From IMG/VR virus record IMGVR_UViG_3300008107_000012: DNA of 64,000 nucleotides. One strand, written 5' to 3'. The notes under the pieces are model-generated. The model made no database searches. It was not told the DNA's origin and saw nothing but the letters and a program-made list of their open reading frames with translations. Both the position numbers and the translations under genes were made by a program. Positions 1 through 9,065 of the stretch are shown here, one piece after another; position 1 is the stretch's first letter, and each line of letters opens with the position of its first letter. This DNA is from a virus.

Positions 1-2
1 AA

Positions 3-1010
3 GTTCATAATTTTGCTGAAGTCGATGTAAATAATCATCCTATAGATCTCCATAGTTATTATATTAAGATTGATACAAGTGATACTGATTTTGATGGTGT
101 TGGCATAGGGTCAAATCGATCAAATAATCTATATTTTAAGAAAACTACTCAATCAGGAAGAGCTGGAACTATTTTATCAAATAATATTCAATATGAAGTT
201 CTAGCACCAAAGATTAATAGTATTACCCCAGCTGGATCTGATATGACTTCTAGAATAAGAACATTTACGGGGACGAGTATTGGTGGAAATGAAAAATCTT
301 TTGTTGATGCCGGATACCAAGATCTCCCATTAAATGCTAGACTTTATTTCCAATCTCCAAGGATTATTTGTTCAGATATTAATGAGCAAAAGTTTATTAC
401 AGAATCTCCAGAAAGAAGATCATTTAGTATGGATGTCATTATGACATCCACCGATGAAAGAATTTCTCCCGTAATTGATCTTGTTCCACCACCATCTTTA
501 ATATTAACTTCAAATTTACTGAATAACCCCGTTGGTTTAGAAGATGTCTCATTATATGCAACTGATGAAAAGGTAAGAGGAACTGAAAATGATCCGCATT
601 CTGCAGTTTATGTTTCAAAACCAATCAATTTAGCAATCCCAGCAAATTCCATTAAGGTTATTCTTTCTGCCAATAAAAATGAAACTAATGACATTAGAGT
701 TTTATATAAGATTTATAGACCAGACGCAACATTTGATGAAGAAAGTTATGAATTATTCCCAGGTTATTCAAATTATAAATTGAATGGAGTTGGAAATACT
801 GTAATTGATCTTTCATTAAGTGATGGATCTTCAGATTTGTTTGTTAAAGAATCAAATGATGGAGAATTTAAGGAATACAATTATACTATTGATGGATTGC
901 CAGACTTTACTGCATTTGCAATTAAAATTGTTATGATAGGAACAAATCAGGCTTCCCCACCTCTAGTTTCTCAATTGAGAGCAATTGCAACTGCACTACC
1001 TAGGATTTAA
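3..1010 (+). CDS. C-terminal part of a large virion structural protein (VrlC-like/baseplate-associated), truncated by the window start
   Basis: Frame is open from nt 3 into the 243..1010 ORF. C-terminus F.AFAIKIVM.GTNQA.PP....LRAIA and position just upstream of gp13 are typical of T4-like cyanophages. Confidence 0.7.
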   Translation, partial: VHNFAEVDVNNHPIDLHSYYIKIDTSDTDFDGVGIGSNRSNNLYFKKTTQSGRAGTILSNNIQYEVLAPKINSITPAGSDMTSRIRTFTGTSIGGNEKSFVDAGYQDLPLNARLYFQSPRIICSDINEQKFITESPERRSFSMDVIMTSTDERISPVIDLVPPPSLILTSNLLNNPVGLEDVSLYATDEKVRGTENDPHSAVYVSKPINLAIPANSIKVILSANKNETNDIRVLYKIYRPDATFDEESYELFPGYSNYKLNGVGNTVIDLSLSDGSSDLFVKESNDGEFKEYNYTIDGLPDFTAFAIKIVMIGTNQASPPLVSQLRAIATALPRI

Positions 1011-1015
1011 TTTTT

Positions 1016-1240
1016 ATGAATCATATAAAAGTAAAGGATAAAAATAACTTATCCAGAGATATCAGTACCAATGCTATTATTAGTACTGATATGAAAGGTT
1101 ATAATGAATACAAAGAAAATTACAAAAGACTGTATAATCAAAATCAAAGACTCAATGATCTTGAAAATAATGTGAATGAAATTAAAAGTGATTTGGGTGA
1201 AATTAAAAACTTACTGAGGAATTTGGCAAATGGATCCTGA
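1016..1240 (+). CDS. hypothetical coiled-coil protein
   Basis: 74-aa ORF tightly packed between neighbours. Confidence 0.7.
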   Translation: MNHIKVKDKNNLSRDISTNAIISTDMKGYNEYKENYKRLYNQNQRLNDLENNVNEIKSDLGEIKNLLRNLANGS

Positions 1241-1400
1241 TAAAATCTCTCTAGAAACAATGACAAAAATGTTTGAATATGAAAAACTATCTAGAGATAT
1301 AGATAGTATAAGTGATATTGAAACTTTGAGAGAACTTGCAAAATCATACATTAAACTATATTTTAGTCAACAAGAAGTAATTTCTAGTCTTAGAATCTAA
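1230..1400 (+). CDS. small helical hypothetical protein (56 aa, not in ORF track)
   Basis: MDPDKISLETMTKMFEYEKLSRDIDSISDIETLRELAKSYIKLYFSQQEVISSLRI*; stop overlaps the gp13 start (TAATG). Confidence 0.7.
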   Translation: MDPDKISLETMTKMFEYEKLSRDIDSISDIETLRELAKSYIKLYFSQQEVISSLRI

Positions 1401-2254
1401 TGGCACAACCATCTACCCGACAAGAATTAATTGATTACTGCAAGAGAAAACTTGGTGCTCCAGTTTTAGAAATAAATGTTGCAGATGAGCAAATTGAAGA
1501 TTTGGTAGATGATGCAATTCAATTTTTTCAAGAGAGACATTTTGATGGGGTATACCCAACTTTTTACAAATATAAAGTAACCCAGAATGATATTGATAGG
1601 GGTAGAGCAGGTTATGGAGGAAGTTCAACTACTTCTGCTGGAATTTCAACTACAACAGTGACATCAAATATAGTTGGAACTGCTACAACATTTACATACT
1701 ATGAAAATAGTAATTATTTGCAGATGCCTCCTAACATTATTGGGGTAAATAAAATTTTTACCTTTGACGGAGCAAATACAATTACCCATAATATGTTTAG
1801 TGTTAAATATCAGTTATTTTTGAATGATATTTACTATTGGGGAACTACAGAACTTTTAAGTTATGCTATGGTTAAAACATATTTGGAAGATTTGGATTTC
1901 CTTTTAAATACACATAAACAAATACGATTTAACAAAAGACAAGATAGATTATATTTAGATATAGACTGGGGATCTGTAACTAAAGATCAATATTTTGTAA
2001 TAGATTGTTATTCAACATTAGATCCAAATGATTATTCTAGAGTTTGGAATGATTCCTTTCTAAAACCATACTTAACTTCATTGATCAAGAAGCAATGGGG
2101 TCAGAATATGATGAAATTTACTGGAGTAAAACTTCCAGGTGGAGTTGAGCTAAACGGTAGACAAATGTACGATGATGCTCAAAGAGAAATTGACATTTTA
2201 ATGGAGAAAATGTCAAGCACTTACGAACTTCCACCTCTAGATATGATAGGTTAA
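1400..2254 (+). CDS. gp13: neck protein gp13
   Basis: N-term R.ELIDYC.R.LGAPVLEINV; C-term LPGGV.LNGRQ.YDDA. Confidence 0.92.
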   Translation: MAQPSTRQELIDYCKRKLGAPVLEINVADEQIEDLVDDAIQFFQERHFDGVYPTFYKYKVTQNDIDRGRAGYGGSSTTSAGISTTTVTSNIVGTATTFTYYENSNYLQMPPNIIGVNKIFTFDGANTITHNMFSVKYQLFLNDIYYWGTTELLSYAMVKTYLEDLDFLLNTHKQIRFNKRQDRLYLDIDWGSVTKDQYFVIDCYSTLDPNDYSRVWNDSFLKPYLTSLIKKQWGQNMMKFTGVKLPGGVELNGRQMYDDAQREIDILMEKMSSTYELPPLDMIG

Positions 2255-2258
2255 TCAT

Positions 2259-3680
2259 ATGCTTAATCCTTTTTTTCTTCAAGGATCAAAAACAGAGCAA
2301 AGTTTAATACAAGATCTTATCAACGAACAGTTGAGAATGTATGGCATTGAAGTTCATTATTTGCCAAGGCAATATATTACTGAAAAAACAGTTATAAGAG
2401 AAGTTATTGAATCCGAATTCAACAATGCATATCCAATAGAGGCATATGTAAATACTTATGAAGGTTATTCGGACAATCCAACTATTTTATCAAAATTTGG
2501 AATACAGGCTCTTAATGAAATAACACTAACGATATCTAGAGAAAGATTTAAAACTTATATTTCTCCATTACTTCAAAATCAACCAAATATTAAGTTATCG
2601 TCAAGACCTAAAGAAGGGGATTTAGTTTATTTTCCATTAGGAAAAAGATTGTTTGAAATAAAGTATGTAGAACACGAAAAACCTTTTTATCAACTTCAAG
2701 GTTTATATACTTATGAATTAAGATGCGAATTATTCCAATATGAAGATGAATTAATTGATACTGGAATTACTGACATTGATGACTTAGGTGATACTGATGA
2801 AAATGGAACTGGTATTTCTACATCATTTAATCCTTATGGAAATATTACAAATCTTACAATGGTCGGATTTGGTATTACTGCAACTGCAAGTTCTTCTATC
2901 GTAAATGGTGGTGTAAGATTTATAACAGTAACTAATAGAGGAGGAGGTTATACAAGCACTCCTTTAGTAGGATTGTCTTCCGCACCATCAGGTGGTCAAA
3001 CTGCAAGTGCAGTTGCTGAAATGATTGGGGGTATTGTTGTATGTAATGACAACGTAAATCCCCAAGCAAAATCAGTACAAAGAGTTCAAATTGTAAATGC
3101 TGGTTATGGATACACTGTAACTCCGGGTGTTAGATTTATTGGAGGTGGTGGCAGAGGAGCAACAGCTACTGCAACAATTGGTGATGGAATAGTTGGAATT
3201 ATCACGGTAACAAATTCAGGATCTGGTTATGTAATCCCCCCTTCAATCACATTTACTGGCATATCTTCAGTTTCTGCTGCCGCAACTGCATTAATATCTG
3301 CTTCAGGAAATATTAGTGCAATTTATATTACAAATGCAGGTCTTGGATATTCAGTGCCTCCAAGCATTACAATATCAGCACCATCATTAAATTCTACAGG
3401 AAACTTTATCTTTAATGAAGTGGTGACTGGTTCTCAGAGTGGTGTAACTGCGAGAGTTAAATCTTGGAACTCTGTAACTAATGTTTTACAAGTTTCTCAG
3501 GTTAATGGCAGTTTTATTCCTGGAGAAAATATAGTTGGATCTGCATCAAGTGCATCTCATTACTTGCGTTCTATAGATGTATATGCCGCAAGAGATGGTT
3601 ATAATGATAATGAAAATATTGAAGAAGAAGCAGATCAGATAATAGATTTTAGTGAGGTTAATCCATTTGGAATGCCATAG
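2259..3680 (+). CDS. gp14: neck protein gp14
   Basis: LNPFF...EQ.LIQDLINEQLRMYG, RP.EGDL.YFPL, EHEKPFYQL, DFSE.NPFG. Confidence 0.92.
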   Translation: MLNPFFLQGSKTEQSLIQDLINEQLRMYGIEVHYLPRQYITEKTVIREVIESEFNNAYPIEAYVNTYEGYSDNPTILSKFGIQALNEITLTISRERFKTYISPLLQNQPNIKLSSRPKEGDLVYFPLGKRLFEIKYVEHEKPFYQLQGLYTYELRCELFQYEDELIDTGITDIDDLGDTDENGTGISTSFNPYGNITNLTMVGFGITATASSSIVNGGVRFITVTNRGGGYTSTPLVGLSSAPSGGQTASAVAEMIGGIVVCNDNVNPQAKSVQRVQIVNAGYGYTVTPGVRFIGGGGRGATATATIGDGIVGIITVTNSGSGYVIPPSITFTGISSVSAAATALISASGNISAIYITNAGLGYSVPPSITISAPSLNSTGNFIFNEVVTGSQSGVTARVKSWNSVTNVLQVSQVNGSFIPGENIVGSASSASHYLRSIDVYAARDGYNDNENIEEEADQIIDFSEVNPFGMP

Positions 3681-3683
3681 ATA

Positions 3684-3691
3684 TATAAATA
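3684..3691 (+). promoter_or_regulatory. T4-type late promoter TATAAATA (others at 13607, 16725, 40534, 46563, 56287; many TAAATA variants)
   Basis: Exact gp55-dependent consensus in intergenic gaps before structural genes. Confidence 0.8.
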
Positions 3692-3716
3692 CTAATTAAG
3701 CAAATGAGTTAATTGT

Positions 3717-4718
3717 ATGTTTGAATACTTTTATCACGAAATTTTAAGAAAAACTGTTGTATCATTTGGATCTTTATTCAATAATATATCCATCAAACAT
3801 ACAAATAACTCTGACCAAGTTGTAAGTGTAATAAAAGTACCTCTTGCATATGGTCCAACGCAAAAATTTCTTGCTAGACTTAATCAATCTCCAAATTTAA
3901 GTAAACCAATTCAAATAACATTACCAAGAATGTCATTTGAATTTACTGGGTTAACATATGATGCATCAAGAAAAGCAACTACAACTCAATCTTTTTTAGT
4001 AAAGTCTGAAGTTGATGGAACTGATGTAAGAAAAGCATATCTTCCAGTTCCTTATAATATGCAATTTGAACTTAGTATAATGTCTAAGTTAAATGATGAT
4101 GCTCTTCAAATTGTAGAGCAAATTTTGCCATATTTTCAGCCCGCATATACATTGACTGTCGATTTGGTTGATACTATTCGGGAAAAAAGAGATATTCCAG
4201 TTGTATTAGAGAATATCACTATGCAAGATGATTATGAAGGTGATTTTACTACAAGAAGAGTTTTAATATACACTTTAAGATTTACTGCAAAGACTTATCT
4301 GTTTGGTCCAGTTTCTTCTGCCTCCAAAGATATTATCAAGAAGGCATCTGTTGGATTTATTGCTGGAGATGTTACAACCACTCCAACAAGAGAAGTTGTT
4401 TATTCAGCAGAACCAAGAGCTATCAGGAATTACACTGGAATTATACTTACTAATATATCAAATGACATAACAACATCAGATCAACTTATTACGGTAAATG
4501 ATGCCAGTTCCATTTCCGTCAATACTTATGTTGATCTAGATGGAGAAGAGTTACTTGTGTTATCTAAATCTGGAAATACATTAACAGTTGAGAGAGGAAA
4601 AGATGGCACAACAATAACTTCTCACTTGGCAGGAGCACCAATTAAATCTATTACTTCTGCAGATAATGATTTAATAGAAGTTGGTGATGATTTCGGATTT
4701 AGTGGAGAGTTTCTCTGA
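3717..4718 (+). CDS. gp15: tail sheath stabiliser/completion protein gp15
   Basis: YFYHEILRK....FG.LFN, VPLAYGP..KFL, TLPRMSFE, QIVEQILPYFQP. Confidence 0.92.
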   Translation: MFEYFYHEILRKTVVSFGSLFNNISIKHTNNSDQVVSVIKVPLAYGPTQKFLARLNQSPNLSKPIQITLPRMSFEFTGLTYDASRKATTTQSFLVKSEVDGTDVRKAYLPVPYNMQFELSIMSKLNDDALQIVEQILPYFQPAYTLTVDLVDTIREKRDIPVVLENITMQDDYEGDFTTRRVLIYTLRFTAKTYLFGPVSSASKDIIKKASVGFIAGDVTTTPTREVVYSAEPRAIRNYTGIILTNISNDITTSDQLITVNDASSISVNTYVDLDGEELLVLSKSGNTLTVERGKDGTTITSHLAGAPIKSITSADNDLIEVGDDFGFSGEFL

Positions 4719-4724
4719 TAAGTT

Positions 4725-5150
4725 ATGAAAATGACAAAAAAATTTGATAAACTTAATGACACTTTTAATGTAGAAAGTGAGATAGTCCCTGTTAAACCAG
4801 AAAAAGTTTCTGAAGAAATAGAAAAATATTCTGCAACTGCAGATGACATTAAAAAGGATTATGAATATGCAAGAGGAAACTTATATTCTCTAGTAGAAAA
4901 AGGTCAAGAGGCAATTAATGGTATTCTTGAATTAGCTCAAGAAAGTGAAATGCCCCGAGCATATGAAGTTGCAGGACAATTAATAAAAAATACCAGTGAA
5001 ATAGCAGAAAAGTTGATGGCACTTCATAAGATTAAAAAGGACGTTGAAGAAGAAAAACAAAAAGGACCAACTACAGTTAATAATGCTCTTTTTGTTGGTT
5101 CTACCGCAGAATTAGCAAAATTACTTAAACAGCAAACGCAAGAACAATAA
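4725..5150 (+). CDS. gp16: terminase small subunit gp16
   Basis: DYEYAR.NLY, PRAYEVAGQLIK, NNALFVGST.EL. Confidence 0.92.
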   Translation: MKMTKKFDKLNDTFNVESEIVPVKPEKVSEEIEKYSATADDIKKDYEYARGNLYSLVEKGQEAINGILELAQESEMPRAYEVAGQLIKNTSEIAEKLMALHKIKKDVEEEKQKGPTTVNNALFVGSTAELAKLLKQQTQEQ

Positions 5151-5175
5151 ATAAATAAAGGTTCTTTTTATATTA

Positions 5176-7092
5176 ATGGCAAAAATCAAGCCTCATAAAA
5201 CTGTTGAGCAAATTGCAAAGAAGCATCGTCTTGATGTTTCTTTCATACAGAAGCAACTTGATATGGGAGAACCTATTGAGCATGAGCATACTAAAGATCA
5301 TACATTAGCAATGGATATTGCTCTTCAGCATCTAGATGAAATTCCAGATTATTATACTCGTTTGAAGAAAATGGAAGCAGATGCTAAAAAACATCATAAA
5401 AAATTTAAGGATGTAAAAGAAGAAACCAAGTCTGGAGATGAAGGTCTTCATGATTGGTTTAATAAATCAAAGTCTTCTAATGGCAAAAAAGGGTGGGTTC
5501 AATTAGGTGGTAAATGGGCAGGAAAACCTTGTGCCCGTCAACCAGGTCAAACTTCCACACCAAAATGTGGAAGTTCTAAAATGTCTTCAAATTTATCAGA
5601 TTCTGAAGAAGAAAGGGCAAGACGTAGAAAAAATAGATTAGATCCAAATCAACCAGAAAAAACTGGTGGAGCAAAACCAACTAACGTAAGAACTGAAGAA
5701 ATGGAATTACAGGAAGTAAAAGACAGACCTGGAAAAGGTAGTGGTAAAAAAGATGCTTGCTACAAAAAAGTAAAATCACGTTATGACGTTTGGCCAAGTG
5801 CTTATGCATCTGGAGCACTAGTCAAATGCCGTAGAGTTGGTGCTGCAAACTGGGGAACTAAATCGGAGGCAACTATGCACGAAGAAGAAAGATATTGTCC
5901 TTTATGCGATAAAAGAGAAACTAGATCTGAGTGTTCTTACGGTGGAAAAGCTTGGGATAAAGTTTCAGTAAAAGATCACGAATATTCAATGGTTCGTTCT
6001 GAGTTAGAAACTCTTATGAATGCTGCAGAAAGACTTAAAGTAAAAGTAGAAAAAGGTGAAGGTAGTCTTGAAGCATGGGTTCAGTCAAAGATTACCAAAG
6101 CAGCAGATTATCTTGATACTGCAGCAGACTATGTTGCAAGTGGGGAAATGGAAGAAGAAATGAAGATAACGGTAAGAAGAGGAATATTAAAAGGTTCTCA
6201 AACTCAAATTAAAAAATCAAGTGGTGCATCTGCATTAACTCCCGATGCTGCACAACAACTTGGTCCTAAAGCACAAAAATTACAAAAGAAAGCAGCATCA
6301 AAAGTAGATATTCCTAGATTTGAAGAAAAATTGGTTGATAAAATTACAAAAGAAATCTTAGATGAAAAGTGTTGGACTGGATATAAAAGAAAAAAAGGAA
6401 CTACTCCATACGAAAAAGGTTCTTGTGTAAAAGCAGAAAATGTAACTATTGAAGATGTAGATGGTAATACATTTGCCGAAATAGTTGATATTATCAAACC
6501 AGAACCAATTAAGGGTTTTAAATCTCAAGTTAACGAGGCAACAAGATTGCAAGCACAAACAGGTAATGTAATTGGAGTTACTTTAAACTGGAGAGGAAAA
6601 TATTATTCACTTAAAATGTTTTTCCCGCAAGTAAAACTTCCAACTCGCAAAGAAATTAATGATGAACTTCAAAAAGTTTATCCTGGATGCAATGTAATTT
6701 ATCATTCAGTTTCCGAAATTCAACCAGGACAACCTTTAATTCAAGCATTTGGACCTCAAGGAGGAAGTTCTGCAAAACCGGGACCAAATAGAAATTATAT
6801 AAGACCGATGGGAGAAGAGTTTGAAGTTGATGAAGATTGGCAAAAAGTCAATCGTAAAGATAAGACTGATGGGTTAAGTCAAAAGGCAGTTAATACATAT
6901 CGGCGCGAGAATCCAGGTTCCAAACTACAAACTGCAGTGACTGAAAAAAATCCTACTGGCAAGAGAGCAGATCGACGTAAATCTTTTTGCAGCAGAATGA
7001 GTGGTATGAAAAAAAGATTAACATCCGCAGAAACTGCAAGAGATCCAGATTCAAGAATCAACAAAGCCCTTCGTCGTTGGAATTGTAACTAA
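5176..7092 (+). CDS. modular basic hypothetical protein, probable protease-processed internal head protein
   Basis: 638 aa of short modules separated by xxE/EE junctions; late promoter-like ATAAATA upstream. Confidence 0.65.
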   Translation: MAKIKPHKTVEQIAKKHRLDVSFIQKQLDMGEPIEHEHTKDHTLAMDIALQHLDEIPDYYTRLKKMEADAKKHHKKFKDVKEETKSGDEGLHDWFNKSKSSNGKKGWVQLGGKWAGKPCARQPGQTSTPKCGSSKMSSNLSDSEEERARRRKNRLDPNQPEKTGGAKPTNVRTEEMELQEVKDRPGKGSGKKDACYKKVKSRYDVWPSAYASGALVKCRRVGAANWGTKSEATMHEEERYCPLCDKRETRSECSYGGKAWDKVSVKDHEYSMVRSELETLMNAAERLKVKVEKGEGSLEAWVQSKITKAADYLDTAADYVASGEMEEEMKITVRRGILKGSQTQIKKSSGASALTPDAAQQLGPKAQKLQKKAASKVDIPRFEEKLVDKITKEILDEKCWTGYKRKKGTTPYEKGSCVKAENVTIEDVDGNTFAEIVDIIKPEPIKGFKSQVNEATRLQAQTGNVIGVTLNWRGKYYSLKMFFPQVKLPTRKEINDELQKVYPGCNVIYHSVSEIQPGQPLIQAFGPQGGSSAKPGPNRNYIRPMGEEFEVDEDWQKVNRKDKTDGLSQKAVNTYRRENPGSKLQTAVTEKNPTGKRADRRKSFCSRMSGMKKRLTSAETARDPDSRINKALRRWNCN

Positions 7093-7108
7093 TAGGTAGG
7101 TTTTTATT

Positions 7109-8758
7109 ATGTCAAATGATGTATATCTTGGTAATCCGTTACTAAAAAAGGCAAATACAACTCACGAATTTACAGAAGAACAAGTTATAGAGATCGTTAA
7201 GTGCATGAACGATCCTGTTTATTTCGCTAAAAATTATGTTAAAATTGTAACCCTTGATCATGGATTACAAACTTTTCAACCTTATCATTTCCAAGAAAAA
7301 TTAATTAATAATTTCCACAAGCATCGATTTAATATTTGTAAGATGCCTCGTCAGACTGGTAAGTCTACAACTGTGGTATCTTTTTTACTTCACTATGCAG
7401 TTTTTAACGACAATGTAAACATTGGTATTCTAGCAAACAAGGCGGCAACTGCTAGAGAACTTTTGGATAGATTACAAACTGCTTATGAGAATCTTCCTAA
7501 GTGGATGCAGCAGGGTATTATATCTTGGAACAAAGGTTCTCTTGAACTTGAAAACGGTTCTAAGATTTTAGCAGCATCAACATCTGCGTCTGCTGTTCGA
7601 GGAATGTCTTTTAACATTCTATTCTTAGACGAATTTGCTTTCGTTCCAAATCACATTGCAGATTCTTTCTTTGCGTCTGTTTATCCCACAATTACTTCAG
7701 GTAAACAAACAAAAGTAATTATAGTTTCTACCCCACATGGTATGAATCACTTCTACCGAATGTGGCATGATGCTGAGAAGGGTAAAAATGAATATATTTA
7801 CACAGATGTTCATTGGTCGGAAGTTCCAGGTCGTGATGAAGAGTGGAAAAAGCAAACTATTGCTAATACTTCAGAAAATCAATTTAAGGTTGAATTTGAA
7901 TGTGAGTTTTTAGGGTCTGTTGATACATTGATTGCACCTTCAAAACTTAGAGCACTCGTTTATGATCATCCACAAAAAAGTAGTGGCGGATTAGATGTTT
8001 ATGAAAATCCTACAAATAATCACGATTATTTAATTACGGTCGATGTTGCAAGAGGTGTTGGCAATGATTACTCTGCATTTACTGTAGTTGATATTACTAC
8101 TTTTCCACATCAAGTTGTAGCAAAGTATAGAAATAATGAAATAAAACCAATGCTTTTCCCTAATATTATTGTGGATATAGCAAAAAATTACAACAATGCT
8201 TATATTTTATGTGAAGTTAATGATGTTGGTGATCAAGTAGCATCGATTATTCATTATGATTTAGAATATAATAATCTTCTTATGTGTTCTATGAGAGGAA
8301 GAGCTGGTCAAATCGTAGGTCAAGGTTTTTCCGGAAAGAAAACACAACTTGGTGTCAAAATGTCTAAGACAGTAAAAAAAGTTGGATGCCTTAATTTGAA
8401 AACAATGATCGAAGAGAATAAACTTCTTTTTAAAGATTATGATATTATGAGTGAGTTAACTACCTTTATTCAAAAACACAATTCTTTTGAAGCAGAAGAG
8501 GGTTGTAATGATGATTTAGCAATGTGTTTGGTAATTTATGCTTGGTTAGTTGCACAAGATTACTTTAAAGAATTAACAGATCAAGATGTTAGAAAACGTT
8601 TATATGAAGAACAGAAGAATCAGATAGAGCAAGATATGTCTCCATTTGGATTTATATCAGATGGATTAGATGATAGTAGTTTTACTGATGAGGATGGGGA
8701 TAGATGGTTTGTGGATGAGTATGGAGATCGTGCATATATGTGGGAATACATACACTAA
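7109..8758 (+). CDS. gp17: terminase large subunit gp17
   Basis: Walker A PRQTGKST, Walker B LFLDEFAF, STP.G.NHFY, nuclease DVARG and DDLAM. Confidence 0.97.
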   Translation: MSNDVYLGNPLLKKANTTHEFTEEQVIEIVKCMNDPVYFAKNYVKIVTLDHGLQTFQPYHFQEKLINNFHKHRFNICKMPRQTGKSTTVVSFLLHYAVFNDNVNIGILANKAATARELLDRLQTAYENLPKWMQQGIISWNKGSLELENGSKILAASTSASAVRGMSFNILFLDEFAFVPNHIADSFFASVYPTITSGKQTKVIIVSTPHGMNHFYRMWHDAEKGKNEYIYTDVHWSEVPGRDEEWKKQTIANTSENQFKVEFECEFLGSVDTLIAPSKLRALVYDHPQKSSGGLDVYENPTNNHDYLITVDVARGVGNDYSAFTVVDITTFPHQVVAKYRNNEIKPMLFPNIIVDIAKNYNNAYILCEVNDVGDQVASIIHYDLEYNNLLMCSMRGRAGQIVGQGFSGKKTQLGVKMSKTVKKVGCLNLKTMIEENKLLFKDYDIMSELTTFIQKHNSFEAEEGCNDDLAMCLVIYAWLVAQDYFKELTDQDVRKRLYEEQKNQIEQDMSPFGFISDGLDDSSFTDEDGDRWFVDEYGDRAYMWEYIH

Positions 8759-8988
8759 TGGATTTAGATAAACAAATAAAATTAGGACATCTATTACTTA
8801 CTGATAGAAAGTGTAGGGTTTGTGGGGAAATGAAAAATTTGATCGATGGATTTTATAGAACAAGAAAAGATAGAGGTCCAGTTTCATCATCATATTCTTA
8901 TGAATGTAAAGAATGTACTGTAAAAAGGATTATTAGTTTAAAAAATAAAAAATTAATTTCATCTAAATGGGAGTATCCTGATTGGTAG
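8758..8988 (+). CDS. small zinc-ribbon hypothetical protein
   Basis: CRVC...FY...ECKEC; likely start at ATG 8758 overlapping the gp17 stop. Confidence 0.65.
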   Translation: MDLDKQIKLGHLLLTDRKCRVCGEMKNLIDGFYRTRKDRGPVSSSYSYECKECTVKRIISLKNKKLISSKWEYPDW

Positions 8989-9065
8989 TTCACGTCTTAT
9001 TTCCCCTACGTAAAGTCAGGTTTTAATAAATAATTTTTAGTTAAACTGAGATTACGGAGAAAAAC

